This document shows positions 50,529 through 62,905 of a stretch of 64,000 nt of DNA, one piece after another. How positions within the stretch are numbered: position 1 is the stretch's first letter; each line of letters starts with the position of its first letter. Source of the DNA: Callorhinchus milii (lineage: Eukaryota); NCBI RefSeq assembly GCF_018977255.1, contig NW_024704743.1, positions 104,472,001 to 104,536,000 of the forward strand. The letters are read 5' to 3'. Under the pieces are notes generated by a model that saw only the letters and a list, made by a program, of their open reading frames with translations, did not search any database and had not been told where the DNA came from. Both the position numbers and the translations under genes were made by a program.

Positions 50529-50888
50529 AATAATAATAATCCTTGCATTTGATATAGTGCCTTATCACATCTTTGGGGTGTCTCAAAGCGCTTCACAGAA
50601 TATACTGTAAACTGAATTGAACTGAATTGTATATTTTGTTGGCGAAACATGGCAGCCAATTACACAAAGCTGTGTCTCACAAGCAGTGGTGGATTGAGTG
50701 ATCAAATGTTATTTTTTTTTATTTTGAAAGAATCATTACCAAAAAGCGATATGCCAATTGATAAACAACCAGATAAATGGAGGTGTGTGGAGTAAGGAAA
50801 CTTGCTCAACATTTCACCCTGTTGGGAATTGAACCCAGGTTCTCTCGCTTGCGAGGCGACTGCTCTAACCACTAAGCTACAGGACTCC
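50529..50888 (-). mobile_element. tRNA-derived SINE (long form)
   Basis: Full reverse copy. Confidence 0.9.
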
Positions 50889-51114
50889 ACAGTTCCTGCT
50901 CCTGAACTAATGAATTCTGCTGGGGTTATGTGTTTTGGGTGTAAAGTAAGGGGCAAGGTTGGGCTCTTTGGATAAATCAAGCTCACTATCAAGACTGGCA
51001 CATGACCACTTGGGAATGATTTTGAGGACAGCCAGAACACAGCTCTACAAAGGCTGGAGCATAATATTGGATGAAAGTATTTTTGCTCATACACTTCTTG
51101 TGACATTTCTTTAG

Positions 51115-51244
51115 GCAAACTGCCTTTCAAGTAATTGCTGTGGATGGTGTGTGCAGTGGCATAATTCAGTGCCTCACTGTTGAAGATTGTATAGACTGGC
51201 TACAAGCGATCGCAATTAATATATCCAATCTTACCAAGCACAAT
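51115..51244 (+). CDS. SNTG1: SNTG1 coding exon 10 ((R)QTAFQVIAVDGVCSGIIQCLTVEDCIDWLQAIAINISNLTKHN)
   Basis: tttctttag acceptor, AAT|gtaagt donor, 130 nt. Confidence 0.95.
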
Positions 51245-52424
51245 GTAAGTATGGCTGTGTGCTGCAGAAAACATTAAGGCATAGCTCAATTGCAGAGGTT
51301 TCTATATGAGATATTGTGAACTGTGATACTTGTCTATCAGAACCACAGGCATGTTCAAGCGTCTACAATTGCTAGTGGTTAAACGATAATAAGATTAATT
51401 GCTCCTTAAATTATTTTGAGACAATCGCAACATTATAAGTGCTTTGAGGTTGTTACTCTAAGTGACAGGAATGTGCTAAACATTAACTTAGCACTTAGCA
51501 TGTAAATTAGACTGTTCATTGGAAACAATAGGGTAATTGTATCCTTCCAATTAATTTTGAATTCCGATACAGATCTGATTCTGCAATTATTTCCAGGAAT
51601 TGTATGCACAGCATCTAATTGAAAAACAATGAAATGTGTTATGTCCTTTAAATTACTCCTCTAAGCAACTTATCTCTCTCCCCACATCACACACAAATAC
51701 AAATGCTACTTATGTAAGGGTAGCCAGTAACCTGAGGGTAATTTGTCTATAGATTCCTTGTGTGAATGGCTTCATCTTGTATAAAAAGATCTGCTGAGTC
51801 TGAGCGAACCAATCTCTTAAAGATCTCTCTGCAGTCATATCACTTTGAAGAGTCCTAATCAGGTCCTATGCCTAAGCATAAAACTACCTCAAATAGGAAC
51901 ACATTTGGCTATTTTGCAATGACATGTCATAGTACTTGAAATTGTGCGAGCTAATATAGTAAGCAAAGTTCTTTTGAGACTGGAGTTGAGACTGGGGCTA
52001 CATGACAATGCTCCTGTGCCACACTTGATTTGAACTTTGGGAGTTTGCTCAGAGGGTAGAAGTGTAAAAATGTTCAGTTTGTCAGAAAAAATTAGCTTTG
52101 ATTTTATCATTACCATTGTTCCTACCAGAATCAGCGTTCTACATTTAACCTTTGGTGCTTGTAGTCAATTGATGCTTTATCACTTCAAGGAAGTTTGTAA
52201 CATGTGAAGGATCTATTCATTTTCAATAAATTATTTTGCATTATTGCATTGACCACTATATTAATCCTGACCAGTCAGAAGTTACAGTGAACAGGTTGAC
52301 AAAACATCATTAAATCTTTGGTACATGCTTCTCCCTCACTCTCTCTCAAAACCTTCACATTGCATTAAGTTATGTAAGGGTAGGAAGTGCAGAAATCTTA
52401 CCAAAGGAAATATAAAATAAAAGT

Positions 52425-52812
52425 AATAATAATCCTTTCTTTCCATGTAATGCCTTATTATACAAAAATGTCTCAAAGGTTTCTATAAAGTGTAGTGATA
52501 GTTTATTTGTAGGAGAACATAACAGTGCACATAATTTGCACATAAGTGCCCCACACATCCATGAAGTGAATGACTTTTTTTTATAATTATTTTGAGGGAT
52601 TATTGACCGGAATACAGGAAGAACCTCTTTTTTCGTACTTCCATGGAATATTCAATTTCCATCTAATCAGGCAGACAAGACCTCAGTTTAATATCTCTTC
52701 CAAAGAACAGCTCTCTCAGAACAGCACTCCCCAAGCACTGCACTGGAGTGCTAATCTGGACTATGAGCTCAATCATGATTTGCAGTTTGAACCTACAACC
52801 CTCTAACTCAGA
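52425..52812 (-). mobile_element. Deu-domain SINE, diverged
   Basis: CAGGCAGACAAGACCTCAGTTTAATATCTC...GCACTGCACTGGAGTG...TTGAACCTACAACC. Confidence 0.7.
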
Positions 52813-53051
52813 CATGTTAATAACTAAGTCAAGCAAATACACCCGTATAACATTACAAAAGCTCATTTCTTAAATAAGAGACCTGTTAAAAACTATGACA
52901 AAATAGAGGCTTCTATGAGATATATTACCTGGACATAGATGGATTTTGTTTTTGATGGAAGATTATATTTTCAGGGTTTATATTGTTTAATTGTATGAGG
53001 TAACTTTAATATTCACAATTTAACAGTTTTAATTCAATGTTATTTTTCCAG

Positions 53052-53090
53052 ATTAAAAAAATTAACAGAAACTTCCCTGTAAACCAACAG
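53052..53090 (+). CDS. SNTG1: SNTG1 coding exon 11 (IKKINRNFPVNQQ)
   Basis: tttttccag acceptor, CAG|gtaagg donor, 39 nt. Confidence 0.95.
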
Positions 53091-54249
53091 GTAAGGAAAA
53101 ACATTTGTAATAATTTCTTGTTGACGTGTTTAAGTATGTCAGTACGTGCACCAAACTGAGCCATTGACCATCAGAGGGCATAACTCAGGTTGTTAGAATA
53201 TGTTTATAACTCGGAGGATTAATTTGGAAATTCCCTTATTTGATCTGCATTGGTAGTTCATCTCTGGCAAATATTTTAAGAATACAATTAAAATGATAAA
53301 TTTACACAATCTACTAGAGTTTAGGTTTTTAAAGTTTGGACAGGATTATCACAAAGAGGAAAATCATTATATTATAGTAATAGAATTTTTGGCATTAATA
53401 ATAATTAATTTCATGCCTGGAGGACAACCCAAAACAATTCACAGACATTAATGCAAAGTGTATAGATTGTGTAGTTGTAGGTAAACACGACAGCCAATTT
53501 GCCCACAGCAACCTCCCACAAAGAGCCATGAAGTGAATGAGTGAATGATCAGTTGAATTCATTATCTCAGTTAATTGGAGAACTAAGGGATACCATGATT
53601 CAGGTCTTTAAAGAGGTAACTAACTGCTGTGATTGCCTTGTAGTATGAGTATAGAAATAGAAGTCACTGTAGTGAAGAAAGAAATGAGAAGATATTTTTT
53701 CTCTCCCACTGAGTAATGAAATTGTGGAAGAAACATTAACAATTGATTTTTATATTCTTAAAATATTTTCAGTTCCAACTGCTTAATATTGATCTGCATA
53801 TTATTAAAGCAAATTTCCCATTTAATATTAATATTGATGTACTGTCAGAAATTATATGAAAACGAATTATTTCCAAATGTACAGGTCCTGTGGATATGCA
53901 GTGTGGGCTATTTGTTATTGTTTTATGGGAGATAGTTATTTTAATTTGAAATCAAATTAAATTTCAAACAAAAGCAATGATGTACATATATTTACTGTGT
54001 AACATTTATCTTCCACACCATCAAAAAGAGCTCCAAAAACATTATCCTCTCTCAGCTGAGAAAGCACAATAAAGGCTATCATTTAGTCTGCAGCGATGTA
54101 GTACAACCAATAAATCGTTAATATGTCAGAACATCTCTATTTTACACTTCCCTCTGTCAAGTTTAATGGCTATTTTAAGTGCAAACAAGGCAGCCATTGT
54201 GTACTTCGCAATGGCCCACAAACAATCCTGAAGTGAGTGTCCCTACCCT

Positions 54250-54482
54250 TTGAAACTCCATCCCACAGTGTCTTCACCTTGCTCCCTTCCTTGCCTCCTT
54301 CAAGGCCTGTCTCAAGACCCTCCTCTTTGACCGCACCTTCAGTCACCCTCCTACCCCTACTCTCCCTGCCCTCCATCCCTCCTGATCCCAACACCCAGGT
54401 CTCATCCAAATCCCTGACTCCAAAGCCTTCAGACGTCCTCCCGACGTGAAAGGCGCTATACAAACGTAAGTTGTTGTTATTG
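54250..54482 (+). mobile_element. L2 3' end (family A), inserted in a minus-strand Deu-SINE (about 54175-54720)
   Basis: GACGTCCTCCCGACGTGAAAGGCGCTATACAAACGTAAG(TTG)n; Deu-core reverse sequence resumes at about 54500-54720. Confidence 0.8.
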
Positions 54483-55461
54483 CTGCGAGCAGCCAATTTA
54501 TTCTGGAGAATTGTTAGCCAGGACGTCAGGAGAAATTCACTTCTCATTTTGAATAGCATCGTTGGATATTTAATATCCACCTGAACTAGCAAATGAGACC
54601 TTGACTTAAAGTCTCATCTGAAAAAAGAGGACCTCTGACAATTCTGAGCTCCTTGCGTACTGCACCTGGAGTGTTAGCCGAGAGAATGATCTCAAGTCCC
54701 AGCATAGGGCCTGAACCCACGTTGCAATTGTGAAATTGAGATAGAACTGTTTGCTAAATAGTCTAAGAATACCGTAGAAAGCTTCTGAAAGCTTCTTTGA
54801 ATGTTGTGGCACCAAAGATATATCAACATATAGCAAATCAAGAGCTAACTCCCCCTCCACCCACGAACACAGTGAGTTTATTCTGTAAATATAATTCATA
54901 CAAAATGGGAAGATTCTAGGTCCATTTATTTTTATTTCAGCTTTTTTGAGATCATTCATCTGTGTCCGAAAATCCTGCAAAATTGTGAAACGGTTGAAAT
55001 TAATTTCCTTTGTGAGAAACATTTAATGCATATGTCTTTCACTTCTGCATTGAAAACATTAATTCCTTGACTGTATTGCATTTTTTAACTGAAATCAACA
55101 ATTTTGCTTCTGTAAAACATGATGACTTTGGCCGTTTAGCATTCCTGTACATTTGGATCTTCTGAAGAGAAGGGGAATCAATTGGAGAGGGAAACAGCGA
55201 GGATTAAAATATAAAGCTGCTTACATTAATTTTGGTTCTATAATGCATTACTGTATTTGGAAAATCAAACACAAAAAGCAAGTTATTCAGTTCGAAGGAC
55301 AAAGATAATTCTGTATCCAATGTATTAAAGAAAATAATCCACAGGAGATTAGAAATTTGATATGGAAGTGCTTTGCACCTGAATGTTCCCTTTGCTTCTG
55401 TACATCACTGTAGTTGTTTCCTGGATGTGAGACTAGTCAATGCTATTGATTTCTTTGCCAG

Positions 55462-55578
55462 ATAGTCTACATGGGCTGGGTAGATGATCGAGAGCCTGAC
55501 TCACTGCAGGATAAACTGTATACACCAAAGTATCTAGCCTTGAGGGGTTCTTGCCTATACAAATTTACAGCACCTCCG
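55462..55578 (+). CDS. SNTG1: SNTG1 coding exon 12 (IVYMGWVDDREPDSLQDKLYTPKYLALRGSCLYKFTAPP; PH2)
   Basis: ttctttgccag acceptor, CCG|gtatgt donor, 117 nt. Confidence 0.95.
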
Positions 55579-57676
55579 GTATGTGGTTTTATTCAATTTT
55601 GAATTATTCAATGTGCATTTTTAATTTGGATTCCTGTTGGAGCTACCCAGTTGATGTCTTTGTTCCACATCGAGCATGATGTATTATTACCCAATGCACA
55701 AACAACAAAATGAATCGCAAATTTTTGCTTTGCATTCTTCGTGTTGTACCTTCTGTGGTGACAATGATGGGACAATTTATTTGACACAGAGAGAAGCAAG
55801 CTCACAGTGAGCTCTGTTCTATGTTCTAGCACAGAAGCAGACAAAATTATTGAAGAAGCATTGCACTTTGGAACTAATTTTTAAAAGCGACATGTGCAAC
55901 AGACACACTGTTCTGAAGGAAAGCAGAACAAGTTCTGCATTTAATTCAGGTTACAAATTCTGAAGTCTGCGCTAACATTTTTTTTGGCCCAGTACAATAT
56001 GCTGCATTCTCCTTTCAAAGCTTCATAAAAGGTTTGGCTAGAATTGCAATGCTGCATCTGTACACTGTGCAACATCCCACATTGTTTACATAACCAAAAG
56101 GATTAACTGAGGTGTTTCATTGTTCATTGTCGATTTGCATTTTGGTGAATTGAAACCTGTTGGGAGGCTTTTTGCAAGAGGAGATACTTTAGTTCTGATT
56201 AACCTTGGTTCTGAATCTGATACTATATAATACAATCCAATTTACATTTATATATCGGGAGAGTATCTCAAACCACTTTGCAGTCCTGGTTGGGGACCCA
56301 GCCGGGTTGGGAGACAAGGGAATAGGGAATATATTTGTCTATTTGTTATGTCCAAAATTTTCTATCTGAAATCATCTTTCAGATCACATGGTAATTTCAA
56401 TCAGATTAAACGATTCCCCTACTAGTTAGCATGACTGATTCTAAGTAACAGATAGACACTAGGAACTTGATGGTGAAAGTATTCAGCTCCTTGTTCAGCA
56501 GGGATCAATAGATAATTAACTTGCTTCTGTAAAAGATTGCTTCTTAATACAAGAGAGCCATCTTTTTGCCCACATATGCAATGCCTCGGGGTGCTTGTGC
56601 CCCTGTGAGAGGACTGGTTGGGATTTTACAGCTCCCACCCCCCCCATGTTACCGTGTTATAATGGGGCTTCACTGTGCTCGCGGTTACTCAAAATTTCAC
56701 TATGGAGTATAGGGAAACTGTGGCCTCTGTTGTCATCTGTGGTTGCAGTGCTTATCAGTGCTCTGAGGAATTATACTATTGCAGTTCCAATATTCAGCCT
56801 TTTCAGTGGTTTCTTCAGTTCCAATATATAGATACCTGAGGGAGCAGCAAAGTAATCTATTTAATCCATATAGTAATTACTGTAAGAATGGGTCCAAGAC
56901 ACTTGATTCCTCAGCCTTGATTTTGTATTGAAACAATCGGGACAGTCCTCTTGCCCATTCCAGATGTTCAGGTTTTGTTTTACTTTTATAGTCAATTTTG
57001 CAAGATGCTCCTTTTGAAAAAAGATTTATAATAAAACATTTGATGCATCCTCTTTCGATACCATTACTTCTTAACTCCTGCAAATCATGCAATAAACATA
57101 TAACAATAATCCTAATAATATTCCTTGCATTTTTTATTGCGCCTTTCACATTGGGAGGACGCCTCACAAAATATACTGTAAAGTGCAGTGACTGTATGCT
57201 TTGTAGGCAAACAACCTAAAGACAGATGTCCTCAGAAACAACATGAAACACTTCACTGCACACATCACACTGTCACATGCAGCTTAAACAAAGTACAGAT
57301 GCTGTACTTGAGAGAACAGAAATGAATGGAAGTTCGTGAACTTTCAGCGGTCAAGGTATGAGTCCAATCATTTTCCCAGAACAGGACTTACAATTCTTTA
57401 GTTTCTTGGATGATTGCTAGGAATTTTAATGCATTTATTATTAAGGAATACTGAAAATTAATCTCAAGATATATGCCTTTATTTATGTTGGGAGTGGAGC
57501 CAATGATTCAGTGAAACCCATCAATCAATTTATTTTCAATCCTGTATTTTTTTCTTAATGCTGCAATGATGTATTTCATTAATTGCTAATTGTGCTTTAA
57601 TCCTGTTGCCTACATCCTGAATTGTAGCAAAAAAAATCCTCAAAAGATTGTAAATCAAGATAATTTCCTTCCTTAG

Positions 57677-57748
57677 GTAACAACATGGGACTGGACAAGA
57701 GCTGTGAGGAGTTACGTAGTCTATGAAATTATGTGCAAAATCCTGAAG
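57677..57748 (+). CDS. SNTG1: SNTG1 coding exon 13 (VTTWDWTRAVRSYVVYEIMCKILK; PH2)
   Basis: ttccttccttag acceptor, AAG|gtatga donor, 72 nt. Confidence 0.95.
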
Positions 57749-58164
57749 GTATGAACAAGCACATTGTATCAGTATCTACAATAAAGGACTGCAGTGCTTG
57801 AATTTACAAATAAACATTATTTTAAATAGAAATTCCAATGAATGTTTCCATTGCTGCATCAGATTACTTTGGCCCTGGACAGATCAACTGCAATGGTCTT
57901 TTTCATCCCTATGTTACTTAACATGGGGCTTAACTGGGCTAAACGTTGTACTGTGTGAGGTGTTCATCATCACGTAGTTGATACTGCAATCAAGACATTC
58001 AATAACGGAATACTGCTTCATGAGTGTGGACACACACCTCAGATTTGTGGCAATGGTTGGGTCCATTGCTAGCACATAACCAGCATTTTTGGGACGTCCT
58101 CCCGATGTGAAAAGCGCAATATCAAATGCAAGGATTATTATTGCAATTTCAACTCACTGAGTGT

Positions 58165-58325
58165 GGCAATTGGTGTGTTGGAAAGGTGATTGAGACAAGG
58201 ATGCTGGATTAATTTTTAAAAAAATGTACCTCGATGCTGTGATGGGAGCATGGTAGGGTGGGTGTTCTGAAAGGATCAGAGGGGCCAAAGGGCCTTCTTC
58301 ATCCGAACAGGTCTTGTGATCTTAT
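58165..58325 (+). mobile_element. CR1 3' end
   Basis: ...GTACCTCGATGCTGTGATGGGAG...GGGCCAAAGGGCCTTCTTCATCC...CTTGTGATCTT. Confidence 0.7.
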
Positions 58326-59461
58326 GCTGAGAGCACTTTTGGCCCAAATGGCCATTGTCAAGAAGATATCTTTCTGAGGTTCTAGGAAGAGGTAACAGCT
58401 GTACTGAGGGTCTCCAGAGAATTGATTAATGAAGGTAGGCATTTCACTCAAATGGTGGACAGTGGAAATCTTTATAGAGATCATTGGCGGCATTGAATCA
58501 AATTGACTTGATTTATTTTGAGAAGCACAGAGTATAGCTTTCTCAAGAGTTGTTGTGTTGTAGACACATGCTGGATTGTGAATCATTAAAATCAATCGAT
58601 CTTCATGGAGTGATCTTGGGAATCATAAGAGGGAGGTTATGTGTCCCAGGTATTGGCACAACACTTTACTCATATCCTTCATCTGTCTTATTAGACAATA
58701 GAAAAACTTCACTTGGAGGGCAGATTGGGAACATTGATTATCCAAATTACTCTAGTTGTTTTTATTAGGTATTTTTGAGCAACTTAGTTCAATTTGTATC
58801 TGGTATTGAAACCGGGGACAAATGTTCCTATCTTCTAGCAGGTGAGCCGTAGAAACTCCTGTCCTCTGGTAATGATGGCCCATGCACCATACTTTCAAAC
58901 TCTTCTCTTTCCTGTAATGTAGAAAAGCTCTGAGATCTTGACAAAGTTGATGCAAAAACGAAATAACTGACCTATCTCAAACAGGGCACTGCTGCCACAG
59001 ATCCACTGCTGTGCACCGTTGATGAAACATGTATTGCAATTTGCAAGAATCATTTCACAAGCAGTAAAAATGGTGCAATTTATCCCTAGTGGACAATATA
59101 TCATGCAAAGAAATTGGAAAGATACATATCCCCTCTCAAATAGCAATAGAGTCAGAAATATGCGCTTGACAGGTGAAATGTGAATTCTCTCATATCTTGG
59201 CGTGTTTCCTAAATAAAGCTGATCAGTTGCATAGTCAGAAAATGCTGTTCCTTTCATGGTGAAAAAGACCAGGTATGTGTCATTTCTGTCCAATGGAGCT
59301 GCATACAAGCAACACAATCATGTTTTTTTTTTGCATGTGTATGTGTGTACATTTGCGAACGTGTTTGTATCTATATGAACTAGTGCGAATGTTGTGTATG
59401 GGTGTATATTTGTGAATGTGTGAGTGTGGATTTATGTGGGGGTGTACATGTGTGAGTGTGA

Positions 59462-60150
59462 ATACAATACAAAATTATATTTGTAAAGCACCTTTTACAT
59501 CGGGAGGATGTCCCAAGGCACTGAAGGGTAGGAGATTAGGATCCAAGCGGTGGGGGGGAGGGTTAGGATCAGGGATGGTGGAGAGCAGAGAGGGTAGAAG
59601 GGTGACCGAAGGCACAGTCAAAGAAGAGGATCTTGAAGCATGTCTTGAAGAAGATAAGGGAGAGGGTGAGGCAAAGGGAATGTGGGATTATCATTATTAT
59701 TATTATGGAGTTCTAGAGGCTGGGGGCAGAGAGGCTGAAGGCCTGACTGCCGATGGTGGGTTGGGCGGGGGACATGTAGCAAGCCGGAGCCTGCTGAGCA
59801 GAGGAAGCAGACAGGTTAATAAGGGGATAGCAGGTCAGAGAGGTAGGAGGGTGCAAGACCATGAAGAGCCTTGAAGGTGAGGACGAGGATTTTGAACTTG
59901 ATCCTCTGAGGGATGGGGAGCCATTGGAGCCATCGGATTCATGGCATGGATGTGGCAGAGAAAGGTTAGTTGAGGTCAAGCAAGACGCCAAGATTCCTGA
60001 ATGGCTTGGTGAGGTGGAGTGTGCATCCATGGATGCTGATGCTGCAATGCCTGAGATGCGGAGACACTGACGCGAGCCAATCAGGAAAGCCTCAGTCTTG
60101 CTGAAGTTCAACTGTGGAAAGTTGGCTCTCATCCAGGATTTGATGCCTAA
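59462..60150 (-). mobile_element. L2 LINE fragment with internal deletion
   Basis: MRANFPQLNFSKTEAFLIGSRQCL...PTIGSQAFSLSAP; family A tail. Confidence 0.88.
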
Positions 60151-60297
60151 CAGACAGTCTGTCAGGACATGTGTGTGTGTGTGTGTGGGGAGGGGGGGGG
60201 GGGGGCGGTCAGGGTATATATGTGAGTATGGATGTGTGTGCTTGGTAAAAATATTAATTGATGTGTGCCAGATTATATAACTTCAGGTTTTCATCAG

Positions 60298-60450
60298 GAC
60301 AGTGACCTATGGGACCGGCGGAAATACAGCTTTAGTGTTCAGACAGAAAATGGCGAGGACCTAGTCTTCAGTCTGGAATTAGAGTATGAACTCATTCTCT
60401 GGGAGAAGGCCTTCCAAACATCAACATTCTTGGAGGTTGAACGAATACAG
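60298..60450 (+). CDS. SNTG1: SNTG1 coding exon 14 (DSDLWDRRKYSFSVQTENGEDLVFSLELEYELILWEKAFQTSTFLEVERIQ; PH2 end)
   Basis: ttttcatcag acceptor, CAG|gtatta donor, 153 nt; contained in ORF 60265..60570. Confidence 0.96.
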
Positions 60451-60569
60451 GTATTACCAAAACTAACTTGTCGTGGGTTATATATAAAACAAAAGTTACA
60501 TGTACAATACATTTCTTTAGCACCTCTCTCACACAGGCAAACAGAATGTTGGAAATGCTTTCTCATCTA

Positions 60570-60685
60570 ATCAAAAGATCACAAGATTGGTTTGGATGAA
60601 GAAGGCCATTTTATTCTCGTTGCTCCAGAATACCCAACCTACTGTCCTCCCATCAAATCATCAAGCTGCCTCAATCCATCCAGTT
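60570..60685 (-). mobile_element. CR1 3' end
   Basis: AAGATCACAAG...GGATGAAGAAGGCC, reverse complement of the 58165 family. Confidence 0.65.
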
Positions 60686-60940
60686 TGAGCCCACTTGCTT
60701 GTCTTTAGATCACTTCTGAAGGCCCTCCTCTTCGACCGCGCCTACTGTCATCTTTCCCTGGCTTGATATCAAGCTCCTCCACTGTTAAGCGCTCCAACGC
60801 TCTACCCCATATGAAAGATGATGTATAAATGCAAGTTGTTCTAAATGATCGTATAAATGTTCCTTTTCTCATCTTCAGCCTTCCAACCTCTCTCCATCAC
60901 AACTTCTTTCCTCTTTCCATCTTTTCTCAGTATGTAGTAT

Positions 60941-62905
60941 GGACCATGTCAAATCCTACTGCTCTGCCCTCGCCTCCGCTAAATCGTCGTTCTAATCCAA
61001 GATGATCTTGGAGGCTAAGGACAACCCCAGGCTCCTCTTCTCCATAACAAACCGACTTCTCCGCCCACCCTCTCATGCTTCGCCCATCCTCACCTCAAAT
61101 GCAAACTGCGAGGAGATCCTGGACTTCCTCGAATCCAAAGTCGAGGGAATCCACTCAGCTGCCTCTGCCGCTGCATCTACTTCCCCTCCCCATCTCCTCC
61201 TCCTACCCCAGCCCCTACCTACCCCTCCCTCCAAACCTTTGAACCCTTCTCCCCCTCCTCTCTCATCACCACTATAACCTGTATGAAACCCACCACCTGC
61301 TCCCTCGACTACATCCCTACCCTACTCCTTATCCCACAGCTCCACCTCCTTGCCCCTCTACTCACTGACATGGTTAAACTCTCCCTGTCCTCTGGTACTG
61401 TTCCCACCCCGTTAAAAAACGCTGTCATCACTCCTATTCTTACAAAACCCTCCCTGGACCCTTCTCTACTCCCTAACTACTGCCCCATCTCCAACCTCCC
61501 CTTCCTCTCCAAGGTCCTGGAATGGGTTGCTGCTTCTCAGCTTCGCTTCTTCCTCTCCCGCCATTTCCTTCTCAAACCCCTCCAATTAGGCTTCCGTGCT
61601 GCCCACAGCACAAAAAACGCCCTGGTCAAAGTGACAAATGACATTCTGTTCATCTGCGGCGAGGGCTCCCTCTGCCTCTTTGTCCTCCTTGACCTCTCTG
61701 CAGCTTTCAATACCGTCGACCACTCTATCCTTATCCACCACCTCTCCTCTCACCTCAACCTCCACAGCGCTGTCCTTGATTGGTTCAGATCGCACCTCTC
61801 AGACCGCCTGCACTTCATCTCCTCAAATAGCTTCTCCTCTAACCCCCAGATCGTTTCCTGTGGCATTCCTTAGGGCTCTGTCCTTGGTCTGCTCCTCTTC
61901 AACATTGAAATGCTCCCTCTTGGTGACATCATCCGCAGACAAGGGGTCAACTTCCACTTGTATGCGGATGACACCCAACTCTATCTCTCTGCCTCCACCT
62001 TTGTCTCCAGGACCACTGCTGTACTGACCGAATGTCTGTCAGACATCAAGTCCTGGATGTGAGCTAACTTTCTTCAGTTGAACATCAACAAAACCGAGGC
62101 TCTCCTGATTGGCTCCCATCAGCGCATCCTCACCTCAGGCGCTGACAGCATCACCATCCATGGATGCACACTCCACCTTACTAAGCCAGTCCGGAACCTC
62201 TTGTTTGACCTTCAGTTATCCTTTCTACCCAACATCGCTCTGCCTTCCCCCACCTCCGCAATGTCGCCCGGCTCCGACACTGTCTCACACTGCAGGCCGC
62301 CGAAACTCTCATACACGCCTTCAATACATCGAGGCTCGACTATGCAAACTCCCTGCTTGTCGGCCTCCCCAACTCCTCCCTCCACAGGCTGCAGATCATC
62401 CAGAACTCTGCAGCCCATGTCCTCTCCCGCAATAGGCTCCGCGACCCTTTCACCCCCTTCCTCTAACTCCACTGGCTTCCAATCACACAGAGGATACAGT
62501 TCAAGATCCTGGTCCTCACCTTCAAAAGTTTTGTTCCCCCCTACATCTTCGACTTCCTAACCCCCTACCACCTTGTTCGCTCTCTCCGCTCAGCGAGCTC
62601 TGGCCTGCTTCACATCCCCGCTCTGCTCGCCCCACTATAGGCGGGTAGGCCTTCCACCACTCTGCATCCACCCTCTGGAACTCCACCCCACAGTCCCTCT
62701 GTCTTGCCCCCTCTTTCGCCACCTTCAAGCCCCAACTCAAGACCCTCCTCTTCGACCGTGCTTTCGATCTCCCTCCTTCCCCCCCCGCCCTCCCCACTCC
62801 CACATCACGACCCTCAGATTGGGTATGTAACTCTGACTGTCCAGCGGCTTGGGATGTCCTCCCGATGTGAAAGGCGCTATACAAATGTAATTTTATTGTT
62901 GTTGT
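60941..62905 (+). mobile_element. L2 LINE, about 2 kb of ORF2 with the RT domain and 3' tail; inactivated by stops and frameshifts
   Basis: [65 protein letters not shown] (about 61955-61984), LNINKTE, RLDYANSLL; (GTT)n tail. Confidence 0.95.

Noticed and set aside
61283..61873. 196-aa RT ORF as an active or domesticated gene
   Set aside because: In-frame stop within the GxPQG motif (GIP*), with stops and frameshifts on both sides; a dead L2 copy
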